Positions 7,169 through 15,386 of a DNA stretch of 26,654 nt are shown here, in pieces. The notes below the pieces were generated by a model. That model saw only the letters and a program-made list of their open reading frames with translations. It made no database searches and was not told the origin of the DNA. Each line of letters opens with the position of its first letter. Position 1 is the stretch's first letter. Position numbers and translations under genes: made by a program. The DNA comes from an uncultured Candidatus Saccharibacteria bacterium (lineage in GTDB: Bacteria > Patescibacteriota > Saccharimonadia > Saccharimonadales > AWTP1-31): positions 1 through 26,654 of the forward strand of contig CAYXYR010000002.1 in assembly GCA_964469435.1 (NCBI GenBank), in the 5' to 3' direction.

Positions 7169-8050
7169 ATGCCAGAGTTACCAGAGGTAGAAACGGTTCG
7201 TCGTGGCTTGGCTGATTTGATGCCAGGTAAGACTGTTCGCGCGGTGAATTGTGATAATCCAAAATCATTTCCAAACTCCGATTCGGACGTTGACGCATTT
7301 CTAGTTGGTGCCAAAATTCTGGCAGTGCGACGCCGTGCGAAGGTCTTAATGATTGATTTGTCGACAAGCTATAGCTTGGTGATTCATCTAAAGATGACGG
7401 GTCAGCTAGTGTTTAGATCGAATAGTGATACTGAGAGGTTTGGAGCTGGTCACCCCAATGACAGTTTAGTAGGTAATTTACCCGATAAGTCTACTCGTGT
7501 GACTTTCGATCTTGTTGATGCAAAGCTTTATTTTAATGATCAACGAAAGTTTGGCTGGGTACGGCTAATACCTACAATTGAAGTACCCAATATAGACTTC
7601 ATGAAGAAGCTTGGCCCAGAGCCTCTTGCTGATGATTTCACGCCAAAGCAGTTTATAGAACGGTTCAGAAGGCGCAATAATACCACAATAAAAGCAGCTC
7701 TATTAGATCAGTCAGTTATAGCTGGTGTGGGCAATATCTATGCCGACGAAAGCTTGTGGGGTGCTAAGATTCATCCATCAACTCGAGTGCGTAATGTTAG
7801 TGATGCTAAACTACGTACTTTGCTAACCGAATTACAATACGTCCTACGTTTGTCTATACAAAAAGGTGGATCAACCGACAAGAACTACGTAAACGCCGAA
7901 GGCAAAAAAGGCAGCTACATGGACTTTGCTAGAGTTTTTAGACGAGAGGGACAGGCGTGCTCTCGCTGTGGGTCGACAATCCAGAAAAGCCGAGTGGCTG
8001 GCCGTGGCACTCATACCTGCCCAGTCTGCCAGAGGTTTAAAAATGATTAA
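7169..8050 (+). CDS. mutM: Formamidopyrimidine-DNA glycosylase
   Basis: MPELPEVET N-terminus, IHLKMTGQL, FNDQRKFG, H2TH GVGNIYADESLW, C4 zinc finger CSRCG...CPVCQ. Confidence 0.97.
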   Translation: MPELPEVETVRRGLADLMPGKTVRAVNCDNPKSFPNSDSDVDAFLVGAKILAVRRRAKVLMIDLSTSYSLVIHLKMTGQLVFRSNSDTERFGAGHPNDSLVGNLPDKSTRVTFDLVDAKLYFNDQRKFGWVRLIPTIEVPNIDFMKKLGPEPLADDFTPKQFIERFRRRNNTTIKAALLDQSVIAGVGNIYADESLWGAKIHPSTRVRNVSDAKLRTLLTELQYVLRLSIQKGGSTDKNYVNAEGKKGSYMDFARVFRREGQACSRCGSTIQKSRVAGRGTHTCPVCQRFKND

Positions 8051-8966
8051 TGTATTAACAGGCAGTAACGCTTTTTTACTGTCAGCCGAGCGCCGCAGAT
8101 TAGTACAAGACTTCATGGCCGCTAATGGGCCAAATTCTATAGAGTTTCTCGATGTCTCGGATCTGTCTGTAAGTGAGTTGGTAGCAACCATGCAAGCGGG
8201 CTCTCTATTTTCTGAACAGCGCATGATGGTGCTGGATGGTGTGTCGACAAACAAGCAGTTAGCTACGGATATCGATGCAGTATTGGAGGCAGACCATGAC
8301 GGTATAGCGGTGTTAATTGTCGAACCTAAGTTCGATAAACGTAGCAGCCTGTATAAAACTCTAAAGAAAAACACCGACTTTAGGGAATACAACGACCTAG
8401 ACGAAAAAGAGCTGGCAAAATGGATAGTTCAATATGTGGTCGATCATAAAGGGAATATATCTATTTCCAATGCTCAATATTTATTACAGAGAATAGGTAA
8501 CGATCAATTACGTTTGGCTAACGAAATCGATAAGCTCGTTCTTTACAAACCGTCTGTCGATAAATCAACCATTAATCTGCTAACTGACCAATCTGTGCAG
8601 AGTACAGTATTTAATTTGCTAGATGCTGCTTTTGCTGGGCAGGCCAAACAAACTTTGCAGATTTACGATGAACAGCGCAGAGCCAAGGTAGAACCCCAGG
8701 CTATTTTGGCTATGATGGCTTGGCAACTTCATGCTTTGGCGGTTGTAAAAGCTGGCGGCTCTCGTAGTGCAGAAGAGATTGCGCGGCAAGCCAAGCTTAG
8801 CCCATTTGTGGTGCGCAAGACCATGGCACTGGCAAAGACGCGTAGCCTAACAGACATTAAAAGATTAGTTAGTAACGTCTTAGATTTGGATGTCCAACTA
8901 AAAAGTGCGTCAATCGATGCCGACGACGCACTTAAGAACTTACTACTAGAAATTACTTCTTTGTAG
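8043..8966 (+). CDS. holA: DNA polymerase III delta subunit
   Basis: MINVLTG start overlapping the mutM stop; GSLFSEQRMMVL, GNDQLRLANEIDKL, VFNLLDA, DLDVQLKS. Convergent with rpsT as in many bacteria. Confidence 0.88.
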   Translation: MINVLTGSNAFLLSAERRRLVQDFMAANGPNSIEFLDVSDLSVSELVATMQAGSLFSEQRMMVLDGVSTNKQLATDIDAVLEADHDGIAVLIVEPKFDKRSSLYKTLKKNTDFREYNDLDEKELAKWIVQYVVDHKGNISISNAQYLLQRIGNDQLRLANEIDKLVLYKPSVDKSTINLLTDQSVQSTVFNLLDAAFAGQAKQTLQIYDEQRRAKVEPQAILAMMAWQLHALAVVKAGGSRSAEEIARQAKLSPFVVRKTMALAKTRSLTDIKRLVSNVLDLDVQLKSASIDADDALKNLLLEITSL

Positions 8967-9282
8967 TCTTCTTGGCTGCGGTTTTCTTTGGTGCAGCTTT
9001 TTTGACAGTCGCTTTTTTTGCGGCAGCCTTGGCTGGCTTGGCGCCACTGGCTTTGGCCTTGGCAGCAAGCTGACTCTTTTTGCGAGCAGCTTTGTTCTTA
9101 CTGATTACACCTTTTTTGACGGCTTTATCTAGGGCGCTCTGAGCTTTTCGGGCGTCCTCGCCCTTTAGGCTAGCAGCAAAAGCTTTGATGCTTTCGCGAA
9201 TAGTACGCTTGGTTTTGCTGTTACGAATAGCTGCCTTTTTAGCAACGCGAACTCGTTTTTTGGCTGATTTGATAATTGGCAT
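8953..9282 (-). CDS. rpsT: 30S ribosomal protein S20 with K/A-rich C-terminal tail
   Basis: MPIIKSAKKRVR...N...K, LDKAVKKGVISKNKAARKKSQL. Confidence 0.95.
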   Translation of the reverse strand: MPIIKSAKKRVRVAKKAAIRNSKTKRTIRESIKAFAASLKGEDARKAQSALDKAVKKGVISKNKAARKKSQLAAKAKASGAKPAKAAAKKATVKKAAPKKTAAKKTTKK

Positions 9283-9321
9283 TATTTTCCTTACGATTAG
9301 ATTTGTTTAAATCAAGCACGA

Positions 9322-9351
9322 ACTATATCAGATAACTACCTCTGTTGTAAA
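9322..9351 (-). promoter_or_regulatory. Promoter of rpsT
   Basis: Minus strand: TTTACA, 18 nt, TATAGT, with extended TG. Confidence 0.55.
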
Positions 9352-9389
9352 GAGGCTATACTAAATAGATCGTAACGGGTATAATTTTA

Positions 9390-9418
9390 TAGACAAGCAT
9401 AACCATATATGGTAGGCT
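9390..9418 (+). promoter_or_regulatory. Promoter candidate for the 622-aa gene
   Basis: TAGACA (9390-9395), 17 nt, TAGGCT (9413-9418), with extended TG. Confidence 0.5.
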
Positions 9419-9453
9419 CGCTCGTAGAGGATAAAATAAAAACAAGAGAATAA

Positions 9454-11322
9454 ATGGACCCAAATACGCCACTCCAGCCCTATGTACCACCAAATTCTGG
9501 TGGCTCTAGTGCGTCGGTGCCACCGCCCATGCCACCTCTAACACCGTACACTCCGCCAGCGGGGGTCGCTCCAATGACTCCGGCCGGCCCAGCTAGTTTT
9601 AGCGAACCGCAGTCTACTGGTCCAATCTCGTCACCAGCTCCATTACCTGCTTCACCAATGCCAACCCCAGAACCTCTTGGTCCAACGCCAGTAGCTACAC
9701 CATCTGCCGGTGGCCCCAAAAACGAGGTGATTACGAGTTTAAAAAATGCCAACAATGTACTGGTCACTATCAGCAACAACCCATCTGTTGATCAGTTTGC
9801 AGCGGCAATTGGCATCACTCTGATTCTAAACAAACTAGATAAACATGCCACAGCCGTTTTTAGCGGCAAGGTGCCAAGTACGCTCGAGTTTCTGCAGCCT
9901 GAAAAGACTATCGAGAAAAACACCGACAGTTTACGCGACTTTATAATCGCGCTAGATAAGGCCAAAGCGGATAAACTACGCTACAAGGTAGAAGATAAGT
10001 TTGTCAAAATATTCATCACCCCTTACCACACCAGTCTTAGCCAAAACGACCTAGAATTTAGCCAAGGTGACTTTAACGTAGATGTTGTGTTGGCGTTGGG
10101 TGTTCACAGGCGCGAAGAACTCGATCAAGCAATTACTGCCAACGGTCGAATTTTGCACGATGCCACTGTGGTCAGTGTCAACAACAACCAAACAGCCGAC
10201 ATGGGTTCGATCAATTGGTATGATCCGCAGTCCAGCAGCATTTCGGAGATGCTGGTATCGTTAATCGAACCGCTCCAAGGCCAAAAAGCTCTGCTTGATG
10301 CTCAGATTGCTACTGCGTTCTTAACTGGTGTTGTGGCCGAAACAGACCGCTTTAGCAACAACAAGACAACTCCACTCACCATGAGTACATCAGCAGTACT
10401 CATGAAGGCGGGGGCCAATCAGCAGCTTGTGGCCAATAAGCTGGAAGAACCAGCTCCATTACCTAAAGAAGATGGATTCGATCCCAAGAAGATGGATGCG
10501 CTGGCAGCCGAAGGCGGGCCGGTAAAAGCGGCAAAAGACGGGGCATTGCAGATTACTCACAAGCCAGAAAGCGAAAGCAAAACCCCAGCCAAATCATTAG
10601 AAGAGCTGGAGGCAGAGAACGCCTCCGACGATTTAGGCGAGCCAGATAGTAACCTAGATAAAATTCATATAGATGATGATGGTAAGTTGCAGCGATTGGC
10701 CGAGGTAGAAGACAAAAAAGCCAAGGAAGAAGCAGCCGCGGCCAAACAAAAAGCGGCTGATGGTAGTAACGAGATGATCTTGCAACCACCTAGCCTAGGC
10801 GCGCCTCTAACTGCCAATACAACGGGCGATATCTCGCCACCACCAGTTAATCCATTAAGCCCGCCGGCGTCTATCCCAACCAATTCTCAGGTGCCGGATT
10901 TTCGAGAAGTTCAGCACGGCAAGGCAATCCAACCACTTAGCGCCCAAGAAAAAACCAATATTATGGGCTCCGATCCCAATCAAAGTTTGAGTGATCTAGA
11001 AAAAGCAGTCGATAGCCCTCATGCCGAAGCAGCTCGGCAAGCAGTAGATAGTGCTATAGCTGGCCAACCAGGGCCTTTGCCGCCCATTAGCGCTCTTAAC
11101 GCGCAACCCGTAGATCTGGGCAAAACGTCCGACACACCAGCTCCGGCATCTGCCGACGATAATGTAGTTGAGCCCTTAGTAAGCGATGTGCCAGATACTG
11201 CATTTCCACCGCAATTAGTTAAGCCAGATACTGGGTTGCCTCCCGACCCAACCGCCGGCAGCAGTAATCCGAGTGCGCCTCCACCAGTTCCACCACCACT
11301 AATGCCACCACCATCGGTGTAA
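9454..11322 (+). CDS. Degenerate DHH/NrnA-fold protein flanked by Pro-rich low-complexity arms (622 aa)
   Basis: Core NNPSVDQFAAAIG...VVSVNNN...SINWYD..SSSISE...IATAFLTGVVAETDRF...TTP aligns with NrnA (PDxD...IDHH...TxLYTGIxxDTGxF), but the catalytic residues are replaced. Lies upstream of truB as nrnA often does. Confidence 0.7.
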   Translation: MDPNTPLQPYVPPNSGGSSASVPPPMPPLTPYTPPAGVAPMTPAGPASFSEPQSTGPISSPAPLPASPMPTPEPLGPTPVATPSAGGPKNEVITSLKNANNVLVTISNNPSVDQFAAAIGITLILNKLDKHATAVFSGKVPSTLEFLQPEKTIEKNTDSLRDFIIALDKAKADKLRYKVEDKFVKIFITPYHTSLSQNDLEFSQGDFNVDVVLALGVHRREELDQAITANGRILHDATVVSVNNNQTADMGSINWYDPQSSSISEMLVSLIEPLQGQKALLDAQIATAFLTGVVAETDRFSNNKTTPLTMSTSAVLMKAGANQQLVANKLEEPAPLPKEDGFDPKKMDALAAEGGPVKAAKDGALQITHKPESESKTPAKSLEELEAENASDDLGEPDSNLDKIHIDDDGKLQRLAEVEDKKAKEEAAAAKQKAADGSNEMILQPPSLGAPLTANTTGDISPPPVNPLSPPASIPTNSQVPDFREVQHGKAIQPLSAQEKTNIMGSDPNQSLSDLEKAVDSPHAEAARQAVDSAIAGQPGPLPPISALNAQPVDLGKTSDTPAPASADDNVVEPLVSDVPDTAFPPQLVKPDTGLPPDPTAGSSNPSAPPPVPPPLMPPPSV

Positions 11323-11341
11323 ATACTACAAGATTCATAGC

Positions 11342-11370
11342 TTGCCTCGATTAGCCGAGGTGCTCATAAT
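11342..11370 (+). promoter_or_regulatory. Promoter of purM-like gene (leaderless or near-leaderless)
   Basis: TTGCCT (11342-11347), 17 nt, CATAAT (11365-11370), 8 nt, ATG (11379). Confidence 0.55.
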
Positions 11371-11378
11371 GGCCGGTA

Positions 11379-12539
11379 ATGAAAGATTCATATCTAGAGC
11401 AGGTCGTTGAATTGGGCGATGATGCCTCGCGTATGCTCTTCGAAGCTTGCAAGGCGACTTGGTCAATACGCGAAGGGCGATACGGGCAAGTAAATGCTGA
11501 TCTTGATAATTTCCGCGGAGCTCGACATTGGTCTATTGCACCGCTATTGGAAATGGAGCCTGAAAATCTGGCTGGTATAATCTTTGACCAACAAGCCGAT
11601 GGCATAGGAACTAAGGTACTGGTGTCGCAACGCAGCTCAAGCTATGGTGGGGCAGCTTTCGATATGCTAGCAATGGCCGCTGACGATGCGGCTGCCAAGG
11701 GTTTTGAGCCGGTTCTGGTAACAACTGTTTTGGATGTTAATCGATTCACGGATCGTAACAAGCCTCAAGCCAGAGAGCTGGCATTAGGAGCCGTAGAAGC
11801 AGCCCGAAAGGCGCGGGTTGCACTTTATGGCGGCGAAACGGCAGTATTGGGCAGTATAATCGGCGGCTATGGTAACCCGGATAAACACCTTCACTTTAGT
11901 TGGTCTGGGACCGTGCATGCGGTTGCTCACAAAAACAGGGTTATAGATGGTACTGAAGTGCGACCCGGTATGGCTATTGTTGGATTGCAAGAAACAGGAC
12001 TACGTTCTAACGGAATAACCAAGGTTCGTGATACGCTACGAGCAAAACATGGCCCAAATTGGCATAGAAAACCGTTCGAAACCGAAGCCGGAATAACTAC
12101 GCTTGGCCAAGCTGTCCTACAAGGTTCAATCATATATACACCAGTTTTCATGGATGCAACGGGAGGCTATGACCTTAGTGTTGACCAGCGGTCTAAAGTT
12201 GAAGGCGCTGCTCATATAACTGGTGGAGGTGTCAATAAACTGATCGAGATGCTTGCTGTTAGTGGTTATGGTGCGGACATAGACGATCCATTCGAGCCAC
12301 CAGAAATCATGAAAGAAGTTTTGCGAGCCGCCCAAATGCCTGATCGCACTTCTTACAACACTCTTCATATGGGCTCAGGTATGGTTGCAGTTACTAGTGA
12401 GCCTGATAAGTTTATTGGCATAGCGGCCGATAACGATGTTGAAGCGAAGGTTATTGGGGTCGTAAGGAAAGAGCCCGGAGCTGCCATTCGTAGTGCCGGT
12501 GTAACCGCTCCAGGGCGTAAACTCAAATTCGCTGCCTAA
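11379..12539 (+). CDS. purM: PurM-like AIR synthetase (phosphoribosylformylglycinamidine cyclo-ligase family), divergent
   Basis: ADGIGTK, DMLAMAADD, LYGGETA, GLRSNG, AHITGGG, HMGSGMV match the PurM motif series. Confidence 0.8.
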   Translation: MKDSYLEQVVELGDDASRMLFEACKATWSIREGRYGQVNADLDNFRGARHWSIAPLLEMEPENLAGIIFDQQADGIGTKVLVSQRSSSYGGAAFDMLAMAADDAAAKGFEPVLVTTVLDVNRFTDRNKPQARELALGAVEAARKARVALYGGETAVLGSIIGGYGNPDKHLHFSWSGTVHAVAHKNRVIDGTEVRPGMAIVGLQETGLRSNGITKVRDTLRAKHGPNWHRKPFETEAGITTLGQAVLQGSIIYTPVFMDATGGYDLSVDQRSKVEGAAHITGGGVNKLIEMLAVSGYGADIDDPFEPPEIMKEVLRAAQMPDRTSYNTLHMGSGMVAVTSEPDKFIGIAADNDVEAKVIGVVRKEPGAAIRSAGVTAPGRKLKFAA

Positions 12540-13213
12540 TGGAAGACATTGTCTTAGTAGATAAACCTAAAGGCTGGACCAGCTTTGATGTGGTGGGTAA
12601 AATTCGATCGGAGCTACGCAAGACAACAGGGCAGAAGGTGAAGGTGGGGCACGCTGGCACGCTCGACCCATTAGCTACAGGGCTGCTCATTGTACTGATC
12701 GGCAAGGCTACCAAGCAGCAAGATAGCTTTATGAAGCAAGTTAAAGTTTACGAAGTAACTATGAAGCTGGGGCAAACAAGCACTACTGCCGACGAAGAAG
12801 GCGAAAAGACAGATGTATCTGACGAAGAACCATCCGATCACGAAGTTTATGATGCGCTGAATAGTTTTGTAGGTACTATTAACCAAATACCGCCTGCCTA
12901 TTCTGCAATAAAAATAAATGGGCAACGAGCCTACAAGTTAGCCAGAGCCGGTAAAGAAGTTACTATCGAGCCCCGAGTCGTAACAATATATTCAATCGAT
13001 AACATGCAATACAAATACCCCTTTGTAAGTTTTACGGCAAAAGTGTCCAGTGGCACCTATATTCGTTCATTAGTAACAGACATAGGGCATAAGCTTGGCG
13101 TTGGTGCATATATGACCAATTTACGGCGAATCTCGATTGGCGAATATTCAGTTAAGGATGCTGTTTTGCCTGAACAGGCAATAACAGAGGTGGCTATTAG
13201 TCGCGACACCTGA
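12539..13213 (+). CDS. truB: tRNA pseudouridine(55) synthase (short form without PUA domain)
   Basis: VDKPKGWTSFDVV, KVGHAGTLDPLATG, QIPPAYSAIKING, VSSGTYIRSL, LRRISIG. Confidence 0.97.
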   Translation: MEDIVLVDKPKGWTSFDVVGKIRSELRKTTGQKVKVGHAGTLDPLATGLLIVLIGKATKQQDSFMKQVKVYEVTMKLGQTSTTADEEGEKTDVSDEEPSDHEVYDALNSFVGTINQIPPAYSAIKINGQRAYKLARAGKEVTIEPRVVTIYSIDNMQYKYPFVSFTAKVSSGTYIRSLVTDIGHKLGVGAYMTNLRRISIGEYSVKDAVLPEQAITEVAISRDT

Positions 13214-13226
13214 TACCATTCTTGCT

Positions 13227-14879
13227 ATGGTTATTTCCGTCGATATCGCCGAAAAGTCTTTCGGCAACAATGTTCTGTATCAAGACTTGCATCTTGAAAT
13301 TCAGGACGGCGAAAAAGTCGGTCTTATTGGACGCAACGGAACTGGAAAAACTACCTTATTGCATATTATGACTGGTCAAGATACCGATTATGACGGTCGT
13401 GTACAGGCAAAAAAAGGCACTATTATCATCGGTAGCAGACAAGAGCATCATGGCTACGAAAACATGACGGTGTTGGAGTACATACTTTCTGACCTACCGG
13501 AGTACACCACACATAAACACATACTCGATACGTATCCCGATAAAATGGGCACCAATAACCGCTTAATGCACGAATATTCAGAGTCGCTAGAACGATTTAG
13601 TCAGCTAGGTTACTTTGAGGTCGAGTCAGAGGTAGTCGAGGCACTGAACGCTTATCAGGTAGAAGCAGATTTGGCCCATGGGCCACTACATAATCTAAGC
13701 GGTGGCCAAAAGCGAATGGTAGAGCTGGTCAAGGTTCAGCGGGCTCGTGCCCACTTGGCACTCATCGATGAGCCAACCAACCACATGGACTTTATTGCCA
13801 AGGCGGCGTTCCTAAAATGGTTTAAATCTGCCCGCGAAGCGGTGGTGGTAATAACACATGACCGTGACGTACTGCAGACTGTAGACCGAATTGTCGAAAT
13901 CCGTGACGGCCAGGCGTTTAGTTACTCCGGTAATTATGATGACTATTTGCGAATTAATGCGGTTAAAATTAGCTCAGAAGTCACGCAGTATAGCCAGGTA
14001 CAGCGTAGAATTGTGAACCTAAAAGAAGATGTTATCCGGTTTCGCCGGCTCAAAGAAAAATCACGTGACCCGGGCACTATTCAGCGGTTTAAGTCGCTTG
14101 AACAGCGCGCTTCGGCCGAACTCGCCGAGCTGCAGCAAACCGAAAAACCAACATTTTGGATAGATCGAGAATCGGTAGCCGAGTTGAACGACAAAATGGG
14201 TGCGGCTTACGAACACCACAAAGCCAAAAACATTAAGGTGGGTGCAAAAACCGCCCAATCTGAAAGTAGTCGGCTATTGGTCGAAGTTCGTAAGGTAAGC
14301 TTAGGCTATCTTGAACCATTATTTACCGACATTAGCTTTGACCTGCGCGAAGGCGACCGTATTCGTTTGCATGGCCGGAACGGAGCAGGAAAGTCCACCC
14401 TCGTAAAAGCCATTATTGCCAATGTCCATGGGTCTAAGCCTGAATCTACGCTCTTTGCAGGCACCATCGCGTGTGAGCGAGAACTAAAAATCGGTGTCTA
14501 TGATCAAGAGATTGACGAACGATATTTGTCTTTAACGTTGGGACACGCGATAGAACAGGCATATAAGGCAAAAGACGTCCCAGTGAGTGATCAAAAAATA
14601 AAACAGCTACTAGGCGATTATTTATTTAACCCGGCGACCGATGGCGATGTTCCATTACAACGCTTGAGTGGTGGTCAAAAGGCCCGATTCCAACTGATTA
14701 ACATGCTGGCTGGCGATCCGCATATCTTAGTTCTCGACGAGCCAACCAACCACCTAGACCTGCCAAGCATCGAGGAGCTGGAGAACGCCCTGGAAACATA
14801 CCATGGCGCTGTGATCTTTATTTCGCACGATAGCTACTTCGCAAAACACGTTGGCGGTAAAACGATAGAAATACGATAA
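13227..14879 (+). CDS. ABC-F family ATPase (two NBDs, no TM domain)
   Basis: GRNGTGKT / LSGGQ / LIDEPTNH and GRNGAGKS / LSGGQ / VLDEPTNH with a helical inter-domain linker. TGn-TACCAT -10 (13211-13219) lies 7 nt before the ATG. Confidence 0.93.
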   Translation: MVISVDIAEKSFGNNVLYQDLHLEIQDGEKVGLIGRNGTGKTTLLHIMTGQDTDYDGRVQAKKGTIIIGSRQEHHGYENMTVLEYILSDLPEYTTHKHILDTYPDKMGTNNRLMHEYSESLERFSQLGYFEVESEVVEALNAYQVEADLAHGPLHNLSGGQKRMVELVKVQRARAHLALIDEPTNHMDFIAKAAFLKWFKSAREAVVVITHDRDVLQTVDRIVEIRDGQAFSYSGNYDDYLRINAVKISSEVTQYSQVQRRIVNLKEDVIRFRRLKEKSRDPGTIQRFKSLEQRASAELAELQQTEKPTFWIDRESVAELNDKMGAAYEHHKAKNIKVGAKTAQSESSRLLVEVRKVSLGYLEPLFTDISFDLREGDRIRLHGRNGAGKSTLVKAIIANVHGSKPESTLFAGTIACERELKIGVYDQEIDERYLSLTLGHAIEQAYKAKDVPVSDQKIKQLLGDYLFNPATDGDVPLQRLSGGQKARFQLINMLAGDPHILVLDEPTNHLDLPSIEELENALETYHGAVIFISHDSYFAKHVGGKTIEIR

Positions 14880-14913
14880 TTATCTCTACAGCAGATAAAC
14901 TCGTATACAGGGG

Positions 14914-14942
14914 TTGCAATAATTAGCTATCTCTGGTAGAAT
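14914..14942 (+). promoter_or_regulatory. Promoter of the rpsO-pnp operon
   Basis: TTGCAA (14914-14919), 17 nt, TAGAAT (14937-14942), with extended TG. Confidence 0.7.
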
Positions 14943-14954
14943 ACGCAGTAACGT

Positions 14955-15221
14955 ATGATAACAAGTGATAAAAAACAGGCAGTTATTGCCGACTTGCAAA
15001 AAGGCAAGAACGACACTGGTAGCAGTGCTGTACAGGTAGGTATTTTGACCGAGCGTATCAAAGAGCTCACAGAACACCTAAAAGTGAACAAAAAAGATTT
15101 TATGGCTCGTCGTGGTCTGTTGCAGATGGTTGGTCAGCGCAAACGACACCTAAAATACATCGCTGATCACGATAGCAAGGCCTACCTAGATCTAATTGCA
15201 AAACTTGGCATTCGCCGCTAG
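14955..15221 (+). CDS. rpsO: 30S ribosomal protein S15
   Basis: DTGSSAVQVGILTERIKELTEHLKVNKKDFMARRGLLQMVGQRKR; upstream of pnp. Confidence 0.98.
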   Translation: MITSDKKQAVIADLQKGKNDTGSSAVQVGILTERIKELTEHLKVNKKDFMARRGLLQMVGQRKRHLKYIADHDSKAYLDLIAKLGIRR

Positions 15222-15234
15222 TGCTTAGACTCAC

Positions 15235-15364
15235 GTGCTCGATAAAAACGAGCACCAAAGCTTGTGCACTTTAAACAAGCAGAAAATCATTTGCAGATTA
15301 CCAGATATACGGTAGCTAAATATGCACAGGGCTAGCCGATATTTGACTTCTGTAAATGATTTCT
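15235..15364 (+). ncRNA. Structured intergenic RNA / pnp leader (two hairpins plus a long stem closing an internal multiloop)
   Basis: GTGCTCG/CGAGCAC (15235-15255); GCTTGT/ACAAGC (15260-15280); AGAAAATCATTTGCAGA (15281-15297) pairing with TCTGTAAATGATTTCT (15349-15364). Confidence 0.55.
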
Positions 15365-15386
15365 AGACAAGAAAGGATCCTGATAT

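Noticed and set aside
7926-8042. Track start for holA (346 aa)
   Set aside because: Overlaps the mutM zinc-finger codons; MINVLTG at 8043 is the typical HolA start.
9150-9282. K/A-rich tail of S20 (encoded at 8953-9060) as a separate histone-like gene or fusion
   Set aside because: Short in-frame low-complexity extension of a kind common on ribosomal proteins; no separate start.
9332-9346. 15-mer ATAACTACCTCTGTT matching 24244-24258 (one mismatch) near two r-protein promoters
   Set aside because: Opposite orientation and different position relative to the two promoters; a single near-match of this length is plausible by chance.
15324-15332. GCACAGGGC resembling part of a c-di-GMP-I riboswitch
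   Set aside because: The GNRA tetraloop/receptor and GCAAA/GAC core elements are absent.
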